From assembly GCF_046119375.1 (NCBI RefSeq), contig NW_027362764.1, positions 626,014,001 through 626,078,000 on the forward strand: 64,000 bases of DNA, written 5' to 3'. Source of the stretch: Phyllobates terribilis (taxonomy: Eukaryota). Below the pieces are notes generated by a model that made no database searches, was not told the DNA's origin, and saw only the letters and a list, made by a program, of their open reading frames with translations. The position numbers and the translations under genes were made by a program. This document shows, one piece after another, positions 62,967 to 64,000 of the stretch; position 1 is the stretch's first letter, and each line of letters opens with the position of its first letter.

Positions 62967-63390
62967 TATATTTTGGTTTCATTCTTCTTTTTTATTTGAC
63001 CTTGGGAACCCATTTTTTCTCTACTACATCAAACACGTGTTCTTTCTTTATTACTACAAACCTGACTGCAGCTGACTTCACTTCCAAAGTCAGATTCCAA
63101 AAGATCTTCCAAAAGTAACATATAAGAAAAGGGTAATCTTTGTAGACTTAAAGGGTTGACCATCACTGGAAAACACCAGCTTAATCACTTCAGGGCCCTA
63201 TTTAAAATAAAAACAACGGAAACTCACCTACTGTAGCAGCCTTATTCCAGTGATGTTGGTGCCACTATACTCCTTACCCATGATATTGTTGTATCACTAG
63301 TGTGCTGCAGCCAATCTGTGGCCACTGGTTGACTGCAGCTTTTACTATTTCATCAGAGTAGATGACCACTCTGATAAAACATTGATGAGC

Positions 63391-64000
63391 TACTGACGCG
63401 CCCCTGGGCCTGTGTCGCGCTGCGTTGCGCACGCGGGAGCTTACCCGGAGCCGGATCTCTTGAGGGTTGTAGTCTCGTGGCGGTGATCCGGTCCGTGCCC
63501 AGGGAGTCAGACTAAGTGGCGCTGTATTAGCGGTAGATGTTGGACGACTACGCCACCCGTTGAGTACAGCTAAGGAGCTGCTGCTGCAGGGCAGACCGCT
63601 GAGGCCGGTGGTAGGATTGTGCAGCGTGATAGTATAACCCCCAACGGGAGGGGTATGGCCTCAGGGCAGCCGACGTGGATGATGGGGGTAGCAGGAACCA
63701 CTCGGAGACGGTACGGTGTAGTTCAGGGTCTTTACTGGTGACAAAGATAGACCCTCCCGGAGTACTGGCTAGCGATTGGGGCCTGGTCAGTCCTTGAGCA
63801 GATGGGATCTCCCCTGGCCAGGCGGAGTTGTAGGCCTCCCAAACTAACGATACTCTTCCGGCTACCTTGCTAGAGGCGGGTATAAGTAGCCCACGTCCCT
63901 GAGTGTACCGTGTGGTGCTCACCCGTATGGCCGGTGACTCGGGGCCTTCTAGTAGCTTCCGCTCCACGACGGCGGTGCTGGTCCCACGCGTGTGACCGTG
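63391..64000 (-). mobile_element. Second copy of the 34171-35203 LTR, running off the window end
   Basis: Colinear, highly similar match to about 34172-34780 (TGACGCGCCCCTGGGCCTGTGTCGCGC...CCCACGCGTGTGACCGTG). Confidence 0.92.

Overview
This is eukaryotic, repeat-dense DNA, most likely from an anuran amphibian. That assignment is inferred from the TAGTGATGAGCGAG-type hAT ends, the TTAA and TWA MITEs, and the Tc1, Penelope and Gmr1-like families present. I could not confidently identify any host-gene exon, RNA gene or CRISPR-like array; the window looks like intergenic or large-intron sequence filled with nested transposons. hAT content: one end-to-end 10.3-kb BED-finger hAT element with a perfect 8-bp TSD (5699-15979), two truncated relatives (19713-25442 and 54896-57785), and two inverted copies of a non-autonomous hAT swollen by minisatellites (28018-29176 and 29716-32773). 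Retroelements: a Penelope-like element with an inverted pseudo-LTR (33333-41271), a Gmr1-like SCAN-gag Gypsy remnant (about 51980-54895) and LTR copies. There are also five Tc1 copies and several MITEs. Two observations stand out. First, a duplicated cassette inside the large hAT encodes a signal-peptide-like N-terminus followed by frame-preserving GGWG(P/L)SMDTRPP repeats (13962-15174), possibly a captured or cargo secreted-protein gene. Second, a 434-bp CpG-rich, stop-free insertion flanked by a 16-bp direct repeat (48879-49344) looks like a poly(A)-less copy of the 5' end of an unidentified mRNA. Most long ORFs in the supplied track are by-products of tandem repeats or of transposon antisense strands.
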